Assembly (NCBI GenBank): GCA_002269645.1
Contig: NIVC01004609.1
Coordinates: 1-40,633 of the forward strand
DNA length: 40,633 bases
From: Macrostomum lignano
Taxonomy: Eukaryota
Direction: 5' to 3'
Shown here: positions 1 to 9,886 of the stretch, piece by piece
Numbering within the stretch: the first letter of the stretch is position 1
How the letters are laid out: each line of letters begins with the position of its first letter
Program-made: the position numbers and the translations under genes
The notes under the pieces: generated by a model
Told to the model about the DNA's origin: nothing
Databases searched by the model: none
Seen by the model: only the letters and a program-made list of their open reading frames with translations

Positions 1-173
1 GCTGAAAAGATCCCCCACCTCCGCGCTGAACTTCCCACGCATTTTTTATTGGCAACACAGGAGCGCCGATCTCGTCTGCTCAGTGCTATGAATTCTGCAA
101 CTTATTCAAATAAGAAGCTTCGAGAAAGAAGTTTCGAAACTGGACAGCCGACAGGATAATTGAAGGTCAAGAA

Positions 174-269
174 ATGCCTGGCAGGGAGATCCACTGCGAG
201 CTGCAGCGATCCTCATTGCTCTGACTTTGCTACTCTGTACTGATGGAGTTCAAGGCTGGTATCAGCTAA
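174..269 (+). CDS. Exon 1 (signal peptide) of a CUB-LDLa-TM membrane protein gene; needs one extra base in the G run at 184-186 to join ATG 174 to the hydrophobic frame
   Basis: The frame 164-268 reads ...DPLRAAAILIALTLLLCTDGVQGWYQL and ends at a perfect GTGAGT donor (270), phase 1, compatible with the acceptor at 4424 (A+CC=Thr). ATG 174 is out of frame by one base; restoring one G gives MPGRGDPLRAAAILIALTLLLC. An upstream exon is the alternative explanation. Confidence 0.55.
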
Positions 270-402
270 GTGAGTATCTTTGTGCTGCTGTCATTATTGA
301 TTAATTATGAATTTGAATTATATTTTTATGCTTCAAAATAAAATTTCGCTAGTTTAATGAATCATAATTCTAAAGGAAAATTTAACTGTCATTAAGATTA
401 GG

Positions 403-1987
403 GAGCGACTCAATCAGTGAGCGACTCAATCAGTGAGCGACTCAATCAGTGAGCGACTCAATCAGTGAGCGACTCAATCAGTGAGCGACTCAATCAGTGA
501 GCGACTCAATCAGTGAGCGACTCAATCAGTAAGCGACTCAATCAGTGAGCGACTCAATCAGTGAGCGACTCAATCAGTGAGCGACTCAATCAGTGAGCGA
601 CTCAATCAGTGAGCGACTCAATCAGTGAGCGACTCAATCAATGAGCGACTCAATCAATGAGCGACTCAATCAGTGAGCGACTCAATCAGTGAGCGACTCA
701 ATCAATGAGCGACTCAATCAGTGAGCGACTCAATCAGTGAGCGACTCAATCAATGAGCGACTCAATCAGTGAGCGACTCAATCAGTGAGCGACTCAATCA
801 GTGAGCGACTCAATCAGTGAGCGACTCAATCAGTGAGCGACTCAATCAGTGAGCGACTCAATCAGTGAGCGACTCAATCAGTGAGCGACTCAATCAGTGA
901 GTGACTCAATCAGTGAGCGACTCAATCAATGAGCGACTCAATCAATGAGCGACTCAATCAGTGAGCGACTCAATCAGTGAGCGACTCAATCAGTGAGCGA
1001 CTCAATCAGTGAGCGACTCAATCAGTGAGTGACTCAATCAGTGAGCGACTCAATCAATGAGCGACTCAATCAATGAGCGACTCAATCAGTGAGCGACTCA
1101 ATCAGTGAGCGACTCAATCAGTGAGCGACTCAATCAATGAGCGACTCAATCAATGAGCGACTCAATCAGTGAGCGACTCAATCAATGAGCGACTCAATCA
1201 GTGAGCGACTCAATCAGTGAGCGACTCAACCAGTGAGCGACTCAATCAGTGAGCGACTCAATCAATGAGCGACTCAATCAGTGAGCGACTCAATCAGTGA
1301 GCGACTCAATCAGTGAGCGACTCAATCAATGAGCGACTCAATCAATGAGCGACTCAATCAGTGAGCGACTCAATCAGTGAGCGACTCAATTAGTGAGCGA
1401 CTCAATCAGTGAGCGACTCAATTAGTGAGCGGCTCAATTAGTGAGCGACTCAATTAGTGAGCGACTCAATCAGTGAGCGACTCAATTAGTGAGCGACTCA
1501 ATCAGTGAGCGACTCAATCAGTGAGCGACTCAATCAATGAGCGACTCAATCAATGAGCGACTCAATCAGTGAGCGACTCAATCAGTGAGCGACTCAATCA
1601 GTGAGCGACTCAATCAGTGAGCGACTCAATCAGTGAGCGACTCAATCAATGAGCGACTCAATCAATGAGCGACTCAATCAGTGAGCGACTCAATCAGTGA
1701 GCGACTCAATCAGTGAGCGACTCAATCAGTGAGCGACTCAATCAGTGAGCGACTCAATCAGTGAGCGACTCAATCAATGAGCGACTCAATCAATGAGCGA
1801 CTCAATCAGTGAGCGACTCAATCAGTGAGCGACTCAATTAGTGAGCGACTCAATCAGTGAGCGACTCAATTAGTGAGCGGCTCAATTAGTGAGCGACTCA
1901 ATTAGTGAGCGACTCAATCAGTGAGCGACTCAATTAGTGAGCGACTCAATCAGTGAGCGACTCAATCAGTGAGCGACTCAATCAGTG
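403..1987. repeat. 16-bp minisatellite (GAGCGACTCAATCAGT)n, ~99 copies, intronic
   Basis: The 16-nt period is directly visible, with variants ATCAAT and ATTAGT. Confidence 0.98.
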
Positions 1988-2000
1988 GGGCATTTAAACG

Positions 2001-3068
2001 TTAAATTGACGACTTCAAGGAAGACGAAGCTCTTGGATACTCGGCGGTCAGCAGCGGCAGAGAAGCCACCAGCCAGCCGCCGCCGTCGCCGCCGTCCACC
2101 AGGCGACTCCAGACGCACCGCCAGGATTCCAATCGGCCGGCCGAGCAGCTGAGCTCCGCCCAGCCCAGCTCCAGCTCTGAGGCCGTCGATTTTCCTTCTT
2201 CAGCGCTGGCGTCGTCGCCGGCGGTGCCGGTCAGCCGGTAGGCGCGCAGTTTGAGCGCGCAAGTGTGCGCCGCGCCATGCGGCATGGCCAGCCGGGCGAT
2301 GTCGCGCCACGAAGCCACTGGCGTCGGCAGACTGGAGGCTGGCGCCGGTTTCCAACGCAGGCGCTGTTGGCGCCGCTGCCGCAGAAGCGCCGGCCGGCTC
2401 CACCAGTCCGCCAGCAGCTCGCCAGTGGCGCGCAGCACCAGCTGCAGGCGGAGCTGCACTCGCTGCGCGGCTTCGCCGCCGTTTCGGCGCCAGAAGCGCA
2501 GCTGCCCGACCGACAGCCGGCCAGACCGACGCCCGATGCGCAGCGCCAGGCGCAGGAGGTCCAGGCCGGCTGCTTCGTCGGCCTCGCTGTCCGCCTCCGC
2601 CGGCGCCTCCAAGTGGCGCCAGAACATGACGCCGTCGCCGCGGAGGCTGCCGGGCGGCAGGCGGCGCAGCGGCACGACAATCCGGCCGAGTAGGCGGCGC
2701 CGAGGCTCGGCGCCAGCGCTGTTGCATTCGTCGCGCACCTCCAGCAGCAGTGCCAGATGCCGCTGATCAGCAGTGAGCAGCGACTCATCGAATTTGTTGA
2801 ACTCGAAGGCCTCCAGCCAGACCGGCCGGTTGGTGAGGATTCGAGCCCGGGTACGCAGCTGGTTGGTCTCGGCCTGGACCGGCAGGAACCGGAGAGTCAC
2901 GTAGGGGCAGAGCTGGCCGTCGTTTGGCTGCAGTCCGACTGCCCTGAGCAGCTTCACCGTGAGCTTCCGCTGCGGCTTTGAGTAGTGAAAGCTGAGCAGC
3001 AGCTTGCCGAGCCCCGCGTCCTCGCCTGTACGGAGCGGCAAAGCTTGAGAATCTGTTGCGGTTGTCAT
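2001..3068 (-). CDS. Synaptotagmin-like tandem C2-domain protein (C2A clear, C2B degenerate), intronless ORF nested antisense in intron 1 of the CUB-LDLa gene
   Basis: 355-aa GC-rich ORF. GKLLLSFHYS...KLTVKLLRAVGL...CPYVTLRFLP...RPVWLEAFEF...LLEVRD...LLGRIVVPLRRL matches the synaptotagmin C2A pattern; the second half has weak C2B-like strands. There is no N-terminal TM in the ORF, so upstream exons are possible. Confidence 0.75.
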   Translation of the reverse strand: MTTATDSQALPLRTGEDAGLGKLLLSFHYSKPQRKLTVKLLRAVGLQPNDGQLCPYVTLRFLPVQAETNQLRTRARILTNRPVWLEAFEFNKFDESLLTADQRHLALLLEVRDECNSAGAEPRRRLLGRIVVPLRRLPPGSLRGDGVMFWRHLEAPAEADSEADEAAGLDLLRLALRIGRRSGRLSVGQLRFWRRNGGEAAQRVQLRLQLVLRATGELLADWWSRPALLRQRRQQRLRWKPAPASSLPTPVASWRDIARLAMPHGAAHTCALKLRAYRLTGTAGDDASAEEGKSTASELELGWAELSCSAGRLESWRCVWSRLVDGGDGGGWLVASLPLLTAEYPRASSSLKSSI

Positions 3069-3252
3069 TCTCTGGCTCTGCTCATGCAGTTAGCAAAACT
3101 TCATTGAATTTTGATATCAGTGTTCAGAGAGTGTACATGCCAGACAGGATTAGAAAGTCAAAGGGCCGTTGTAAACCCTGTGTGAGCGTGTGCATGAGTG
3201 CGTGCCTGAGTACAGCATTGGCGCGCACAGAAAAGATTGTAATTTTTACCGC

Positions 3253-3587
3253 ACAAAGACTCAAATCTTAACAAAAGCATTAGAGTATAACCAATCCATG
3301 GCACACGATGTCTCAGGACTCGATCGGACTGAAACAAAGACTCAAATCTCAATAAAAGCATTAGAGTATAACCAATCCATGGCACACGATGTCTCAGGAC
3401 TCGATCGGACTGAAACAAAGACTCAAATCTCAATAAAAGCATTAGAGTATAACCAATCCATGGCACACGATGTCTCAGGACTCGATCGGACTGAAACAAA
3501 GACTCAAATCTCAATAAAAGCATTAGAGTATTAACCAATCCATGGCACACGATGTCTCAGGACTCGATCGGATTGAAACAAAGACTC
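3253..3587. repeat. 81-bp tandem repeat, ~4 copies
   Basis: ACAAAGACTCAAATCT recurs at 3253, 3334, 3415 and 3496. Confidence 0.95.
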
Positions 3588-4062
3588 CAAGCGGCGCTCA
3601 CCGAAAGTGTCAATCAGCTGCAATTCTTCCAGCTGACGCTGCATCGCCGCGTCCTGCCTGTTGGCTCCGGCTGAGCTGGCCAGGATGAAGCTGAAGATGC
3701 TGAGAGACGGGAAACAGTCGCACTACTGATAAATACTAGATTTTGGCAGCGGAGGAGCTTGAGCTGTCCCAGCTGCACTTGATGCACCGCGGGAGAGGTC
3801 GCGCCTCTACAAGCGTTTATATTATTCGAATTTTTTAGCCGAGAGCAATGCTAAAGTAGCGAGGTCACATCGCTACACAGTTGAGATTACGTAATCGAGG
3901 TCAAATTCAGCACCCAGAGAGCCGTTTGGGGGGGGGTTACAAAAACACAAGCTACCAGCTGTTGAAATTATAAGTTTTTCGAGAGATGAAACACTGTGCA
4001 CGCTGTCTTTGCAATGGTGCATGAATCAAATATTTCTAAAACGTAAACTCTAGAAACATAAT

Positions 4063-4376
4063 GGGGTAGGGCAGCTCAGCGGTGAACGCGTCGTCGGACT
4101 CTCGCGCCGCGACCCCTGGTTCGAATCTGTGCGCGGCCTCATCAATTCGGGCAATTCACAGCCATGAGAACCAACCGCCAAGGCGCAGAGAGTGTGCATG
4201 CTTAACAGGGTTAGATAGTCAGTTAGATAGTACACTCCTGTGTGAGTGTGTGCCTGTGCGTATGACTGCGTACGTATCCGCGCGCTTGTGTGCCTGCTCA
4301 GGGGAGTCGGTGGAATGGGCAGTAATGCCTCTCGCCGGTTGTGTGACAAAGTCGTGCTGCCTCTAATAACATAAAA
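4063..4376 (+). mobile_element. tRNA-derived SINE (full-length copy)
   Basis: Head has an A-box-like AGCTCAGCGG and a B-box GGTTCGAATC (4118-4127). The body (CACTCCTGTGTGAGTGTGTGCCTG...GGGGAGTCGGTGGAATGGGC...TGCCTCTAATAA) recurs at ~8470-8630 and ~15970-16126. Confidence 0.75.
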
Positions 4377-4424
4377 TCGTTCAGCTGAGCCCTTAACTGA
4401 TTTTTCTTTTGTTGTTCCTTGAAG

Positions 4425-4637
4425 CCGATCTTCTCAACTCGTGCAGCGGCGTACCGGCGCCCACGGAGACGGGAATCGTCAGCGCGCAGGGATACACGGA
4501 GGGCAACCTGGCGGATTGCCACCTGCTGTTAGAGTCCATGCCTGGCAGGCAGCTGGTGCTCTCCATAGAGAATCTTCAGGTGCGAAATGTGCACCTGTTC
4601 CACAGGCGCTGCGACAACTACATACAGATTCTGGCAG
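4425..4637 (+). CDS. Exon 2 of the CUB-LDLa-TM gene (N-terminal half of the CUB domain)
   Basis: Polypyrimidine tract + AG at 4423-4424 and GTTAGT donor at 4638. Reads DLLNSCSG...TGIVSAQGYTEGNLADCHLLLESMPGRQLVLSIENLQV...RCDNYIQILA, a CUB pattern. Confidence 0.8.
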
Positions 4638-4759
4638 GTTAGTTCACACGGACCTGTGTATCACTGTTCACTTGTTCCTCTCTCTTGTTAATTTTATCCT
4701 TGCTATCTTTCCCTTATTCTTTTCCTATTGCCTCAAATCCTGTCTGCTGATTCTCATAG

Positions 4760-5300
4760 ACCTCTCTCCCCCCTCTCCTCCTCCCTCTCTCCTCCTCCCC
4801 CTATCTCCTCCTTCCATTTCTTATCCTTCCCTCTCTCCTCCTCCCCTCTCTCCTTCCATTTCTTATCCTTCCCTCTCTTCTCCTCCCCTCTCTCCTTCCA
4901 TTTCTTATCCTTCCCTCTCTCCTCCTCCCCTCTCTCCTCCTCCCCCTCTCCTCCTCCCCTCTCTCCTTCCCTCTCTCCTCCTCCCCTCTCTCCTCCTCCC
5001 CTCTCTCCTTCCCTCTCTCCTCCTCCCCTCTCTCCTTCCCTCTCTCCTCCTCCCCTCTCTCCTCCTCCCCTCTCTCCTTCCCTCTCTCCTCCTCCCCTCT
5101 CTCCTTCCCTCTCTCCTCCTCCCCTCTCTCCTTCCCTCTCTCCTCCTCCCCTCTCTCCTTCCCTCTCTCCTCCCCTCTCTCCTTCCCTCTCTCCTCCTCC
5201 CCTCTCTCCTTCCCTTTCTTATCCTCCCGTCTCTCCCCTCCTCCCCTCTCCTCCTCCCCTCTCTCCCCTCCCCTCTCTCCTCCCCTCCCCTCTCCTTCCC
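4760..5300. repeat. CT-rich low-complexity microsatellite (CCTCTCTCCTCCTC-like), intronic
   Basis: Near-pure pyrimidine repeat. Confidence 0.95.
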
Positions 5301-5523
5301 ATGCTTCATGCTCTGCTCACTAATACCCCAAATCATTTTGTCTCTGATCTCTTTCCACTCTCCCACCCTCTTCTTCAATATTCATTTCTCTCTTTCCTTT
5401 CGATTTCTTTCTCTCTTCTCGCGTTCTTGACTAACTTTTATTCCTCTAAGAAGTATCTGATATTGCAACAGAATGAGTACAAGCAGCACCCTAGCTATTT
5501 AAAGTGACTGGCGCCACTGACAG

Positions 5524-5688
5524 GCCAGCGGTCCAACAGCACCACCAAAGCCCTGAGCCGCAAGATCTGCTCGCACGTGCGCGACCAGCAAGTGTTCATT
5601 GTGTCCGAGAAATTCGTCCGGATTCAGCTGCACACAACCGGGCCTCGATATGTGCACTTCCGGTTGGTGTACACCAACGCTCTGCCGG
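5524..5688 (+). CDS. Exon 3 of the CUB-LDLa-TM gene (C-terminal half of the CUB domain)
   Basis: Acceptor CTGACAG|5524 and donor GTGGGT at 5689, phase 1 on both sides. Reads QRSNSTTKALSRKICSHVRDQQVFIVSEKFVRIQLHTTGPRYVHFRLVYTNALP. Confidence 0.75.
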
Positions 5689-5715
5689 GTGGGTGCCAGA
5701 ATTCTGTGATCCATT

Positions 5716-6575
5716 ACAGAGACTTATGTAGAGTTAGAGTGACAGACTTATGAAAAGTTAGAGTGACAGACTTATGGAGAGTTAAAGTGACAGACTTATG
5801 GATAGTTAAAGTGACAGACTTATGGATAGTAAAAGTGACAGATTTATGGAGAGTTGGAGTGACAGATTCAATGAGGGTCAGACTGTGTGACAGATTTAAT
5901 GAGGGTCAGAGAGTGTGACAGATTCAATGAGGGTCAGAGAGTGTGACAGATTCAATAAGGGTTAGAGAGTGTGACAGATTCAATGAGGGTCAGAGTGTGT
6001 GACAGATTCAATGAGGGTCAGACTGTGTGACAGATTTAATGAGGGTCAGAGTGTGTGACAGATTCAATGAGGGTCAGAGTGTGTGACAGATTCAATGAGG
6101 GTCAGAGTGTGTGACAGATTCAATGAGGGTCAGAGAGTGTGACAGATTTAATGAGGGTCAGAGAGTGTGACAGATTCAATGAGGGTCAGAGTGTGTGACA
6201 GATTCAATAAGGGTCAGAGTGTGTGACAGATTCAATGAGGGTCAGAGTGTGTGACAGATTCAATGAGGGTCAGAGTGTGTGACAGATTTAATGAGGGTCA
6301 GAGAGTGTGACAGATTTAATGAGGGTTAGAGAGTGTGACAGATTTAATGAAGGTCAGAGAGTGTGACAGATTCAATGAGGGTCAGAGAGTGTGACAGATT
6401 CAATGAGGGTCAGAAAGTGTGACAGATTCAATGAGGGTTAGAGAGTGTGACAGATTTAATGAGGGTCAGAGAGTGTGACAGATTCAATGAGGGTCAGAGA
6501 GTGTGACAGATTCAATGAGGGTCAGAAAGTGTGACAGATTCAATGAGGGTTAGAGAGTGTGACAGATTCAATAGA
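5716..6575. repeat. Compound minisatellite: 24-bp units (GTGACAGACTTATGGAGAGTTAGA) grading into 28-bp units (GTGTGACAGATTCAATGAGGGTCAGAGA)
   Basis: Periods of 24 and 28 nt read directly; both share a GTGACAGA core. Confidence 0.95.
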
Positions 6576-6580
6576 TTCAG

Positions 6581-6736
6581 TCGCTCCCCCACCGTCCACT
6601 CCAGCCTCGAAGTGCAAGCCGGACATGTTCAAATGCAAGAACAAGCGCCTGTGCGTAGGCAAGAGCCTGGTGTGCGATCGGCACAACAACTGCGGAGATT
6701 ATAGCGACGAGAATCACGAGCTGAGGCAGTGCCAGA
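6581..6736 (+). CDS. Exon 4 of the CUB-LDLa-TM gene (LDL receptor class A domain)
   Basis: CKPDMFKCKNKRLCVGKSLVCDRHNNCGDYSDE is a 6-Cys LDLa motif. Acceptor at 6580 (or 6574), donor GTGAAT at 6737, phase 1. Confidence 0.85.
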
Positions 6737-6812
6737 GTGAATCATTGATAAATTTTGAAAGAAAATTTTACTTCTAAGAAGTCTTGTAAAGATATGAGCA
6801 ATTCAATGCTAA

Positions 6813-7368
6813 TAACTCCGCCATTGAGCCATAGCATCTCAGCAACTCCCCATTGAGCCATGGCATCTCAGCAACTCCCCATTGAGCCATGGCTTCTCAG
6901 CAACCCACCATCGAGCCATGGCATCTCAGCAACTCCCCATTGAGCCATGGCTTCTCAGCAACTCACCATCGATCCAGGGCATCTCAGCAACTCCCCATTG
7001 AGCCATGGCATCTCAGCAACTCCCCATTGAGCCATGGTATCTCAGCAACTCACCATCGAGCCATGGCATCTCAGCAACTCCCCATTGAGCCATGGCATCT
7101 CAGCAACTCCCCATTGAGCCAGGGCATCTCAGCAACTCCCCATTGAACCATGGCATCTCAGCAACTCCCCATTGAGCCATGGTATCTCAGCAACTCCCCA
7201 TTGAGCCATGGTATCTCAGCAACTCCCCATTGAGCCATGGCTTCTCAGCAACTCACCATCGAGCTATGGTATCTCAGCAACTCCCCATTGAGCCATGGTA
7301 TCTCAGCAACTCCCCATTGAGCCATGGCATCTCAGCAACTCCCCATTGAGCCATGGCAGCTCAGCAAC
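6813..7368. repeat. 29-bp minisatellite (GAGCCATGGCATCTCAGCAACTCCCCATT)n, ~19 copies, intronic
   Basis: The 29-nt period is directly visible. Confidence 0.97.
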
Positions 7369-7440
7369 GCAAAATCTAGAACATACACATAGAAGGAATT
7401 TCTGCAGCAGTAGTAACTTGCGCTCTTGACCTGCCCGCAG

Positions 7441-7601
7441 TTGTCACCTACTATCACGTGAACCTGGCCGTGTCCCTGGCTTGCAGTCTGATTGTCCTGC
7501 TGACGTTGGGATTCGCCATTTTCTACTGCACAAGACCCCGCGAGCCGCGCTGGTATCGGCTGAGGAAAGCTGCGGCTGAGGAAGGGACAATGAAGGGATG
7601 A
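7441..7601 (+). CDS. Exon 5 of the CUB-LDLa-TM gene (transmembrane helix and short basic tail)
   Basis: Acceptor CCTGCCCGCAG|7441, phase 1 (A+TT=Ile). Reads VTYYHVNLAVSLACSLIVLLTLGFAIFYCTRPREPRWYRLRK...KG*. The stop lies at the edge of a microsatellite, so further exons are possible. Confidence 0.7.
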
Positions 7602-7980
7602 TAAAGGGATGATGAAGGGCTGATGAAGGAATGATGAAAGGATGGTTCATGGATGATGAATGGATGATGAAAGGACGAAAGGATGATGAAGAGGTGATGA
7701 AAGGAGGATGAAAGGATGATGAAGGGATGATGCATGGATGATGAAAAAACGATAAAAGGATGATGAAGAGGTGATGAAAGGAGGATGAAAGGATGATGAA
7801 GAGGTGATGAAAGGAGGATGAAAGGATGATGAAGAGGTGATGAAAGGAGGATGAAAGGATGATGAAGGGATGATGCATGGATGATGAAAGGACGATAAAA
7901 GGAGGATGAAGGGATGCTAAAGAGATTATGTAAGGTTTGATGAAGGGATCATGGAGGAATGATGAAGGGATGAAGAAAAG
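7588..7980. repeat. GATGATGAAGG-like purine-rich low-complexity repeat
   Basis: Repeated GATGA/AAGG units. Confidence 0.9.
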
Positions 7981-8469
7981 ACAACTATATAAGGATTATG
8001 AATCATGGGCGGATGTAGTGGCAAGTTTTGAAGGGATGAAAGATCTTAAAAAAACTGTGAACTCAGATTTTTCTGGTTTTTACTTTTTTCTTTGATTTTT
8101 CTTATCAATTATTCAATCAAAATTAGAATCTGCCACTCAGTGCACAACATATCACATGTGTATACTTCGTATTATTTATATTGCTGTACTTTTAATTGGT
8201 CGAAATTTACTAAAAATAAAACTAGTAAACACATGCTTTATCAACTATGGTGAATAAAAAATCGATAACGCTCTTTACTGTTGTTTTTAGTATCTGGTGA
8301 TATCCTCCAGATAATATACCGGTACATGGGGAATTAAGGATAGAGATTATACAGAGTCATTATCGTTATTTTAAATCAAATAACTGAAGGTTGATGATGA
8401 TGAAGGGACTATGAAAGAATAGTGTATTATAGTGCCAGCACCACAGATATCAGCACTGTAAACATCAGC

Positions 8470-8630
8470 GTGTGAGTGTGTGCCTGTGCGTATGACTTCG
8501 TACGTATCCGCGCGCTTGTGTGCCTGCTCAGGGGAGTCGGTGGAATGGGCTGCAATGCCTCTTGCTGGTTGTGTGAAAATGTCGCTGAAAGTGCACCAAG
8601 GTGCACACAGCCCCTGCCTCTAATGAAAAT
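8470..8630 (+). mobile_element. 5'-truncated copy of the tRNA-derived SINE
   Basis: Near-identical to the 4235-4370 body and ends in CCTGCCTCTAATGAAAA. Confidence 0.75.
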
Positions 8631-8896
8631 AGCTAACGATACGTGTGCTTTTCTTCTGCGTGAAAGCTGGAAAGTATTGCCAATAGAGTCAAATTAAAAA
8701 AAAACTGGTTACATTCCTAGCTTAGCGTGTCATACTAAAAGTGCGGAGCACGCGGATTTCAGAGTTACTAAAGTAAAAGTCAATGTGCGAATAGCATGCT
8801 TTGCTAGTGTGCGCTCAGAGAGGAAGTGTAAGAAAGTGAGACATAAATGTTGAATTATTTAATTAAAAACATGAAAACGTATTTGCTTGTCTCCAA

Positions 8897-9288
8897 AACC
8901 ATAGACAATCTACCATTATCTGCCTCCAGAACCATAGACACAATCTACCATTGTCTGCCTCCAAAACCATAGACACATTCTACCATTGTCTGCCTCCAAA
9001 ACCATAGACACAATCGACCATTGTCTGCCTCCAAAACCATAGACACAATCGACCATTGTCTGCCTCCAAAACCATAGACACAATCGACCATTGTCTGCCT
9101 CCAAAACCATAGACAAAATCGACCATTGTCTGCCTCCAAAACCATAGACACAATCGACCATTGTCTGCCTCCAAAACCATAGACAAAATCGACCATTGTC
9201 TGCCTCCAAAACCATAGACAAAATCGACCATTGTCTGCCTCCAAAACCATAGACAAAATCGACCATTGTTCCCTTTTGTCTATGGTTT
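8897..9288. repeat. 35-bp minisatellite (CCAAAACCATAGACACAATCGACCATTGTCTGCCT)n, ~11 copies, capped by an inverted core copy
   Basis: 35-nt period. TTTTGTCTATGGTTT at 9274-9288 is the reverse complement of the unit core. The same unit recurs at 10256-10330. Confidence 0.93.
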
Positions 9289-9589
9289 CCGGCATTCATA
9301 CTTGCGGTAACAATTTAATTGTTTGTCGGCTTTTTTCGATTGTTGCCGGATTTCAGACGAATGTATTTGGCTATCAAAACAAGGAACAACAATAGCAACA
9401 CGGCGAAAGTGTTTCATAGTCACAAAAAGTTCTTAAGAACAAACCGATCGAATCAATTGTTTTACTTTCCGTAAAAGTTGAATGTGCAGTTGTGGAACTG
9501 ACCACCACAGAGGCTTCTCGGCAGGTCTTGGCCGCCCTCGGGTGCTTTCATCAGCTCGCCTCTATCAGACCCAGTTGTCACACTTTCGA

Positions 9590-9886
9590 TGGTGGATTCC
9601 GCATCGTCGTCAATCTTGGTGACTTTGGACCCACGTGAAGCTTCCGTTGCGTCTCGGTCGATTTCGGCACTGAGTCACTCTCAAGTCGGTCCAACATTTC
9701 CAGATCTTCGCTACCTAGCTCAGGCAGCCCGTTGGAACTGGACGACGCATCCAGGTTGTCCATCTCCAGAACGTAGCGCGTGCTCGACTCTCGGGTGACA
9801 AAAGCCAACTCGTCCGTGGAGAGTCCACATATTTCTCCGCCAGGAATGTTTGCGTAGCGAATCATAGCTACTTTTCCTATTTGCAC
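9590..9886 (-). mobile_element. Possible Crypton/DUF3504-type (tyrosine recombinase transposon) N-terminal fragment
   Basis: LPELGSEDLEMLDRLESDSVPKSTETQRKLHV resembles the acidic-helix + PK[S/N]T..[Q/A]T..xV motif upstream of DUF3504 in Crypton-derived proteins. Recognised by eye only; no catalytic domain is seen. Confidence 0.3.

Noticed and set aside
403-1987. CRISPR-like array
   Set aside because: Units are head-to-tail with no unique spacers, the context is eukaryotic, and there are no cas genes; it is an ordinary minisatellite. The same applies to the other arrays.
2200-2981. Overlapping alternative-frame ORFs within the C2 gene
   Set aside because: High GC content suppresses stops; the products are low-complexity Arg/Ala/Pro with no domain signal.
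4063-4140. Functional tRNA-Glu gene
   Set aside because: The acceptor and T stems do not pair properly, and the sequence continues into a repeated SINE body.
4441-5507. 329/259/157-aa ORFs (PSLLL, SPPPL, REGRR repeats)
   Set aside because: Translation of an intronic CT microsatellite.
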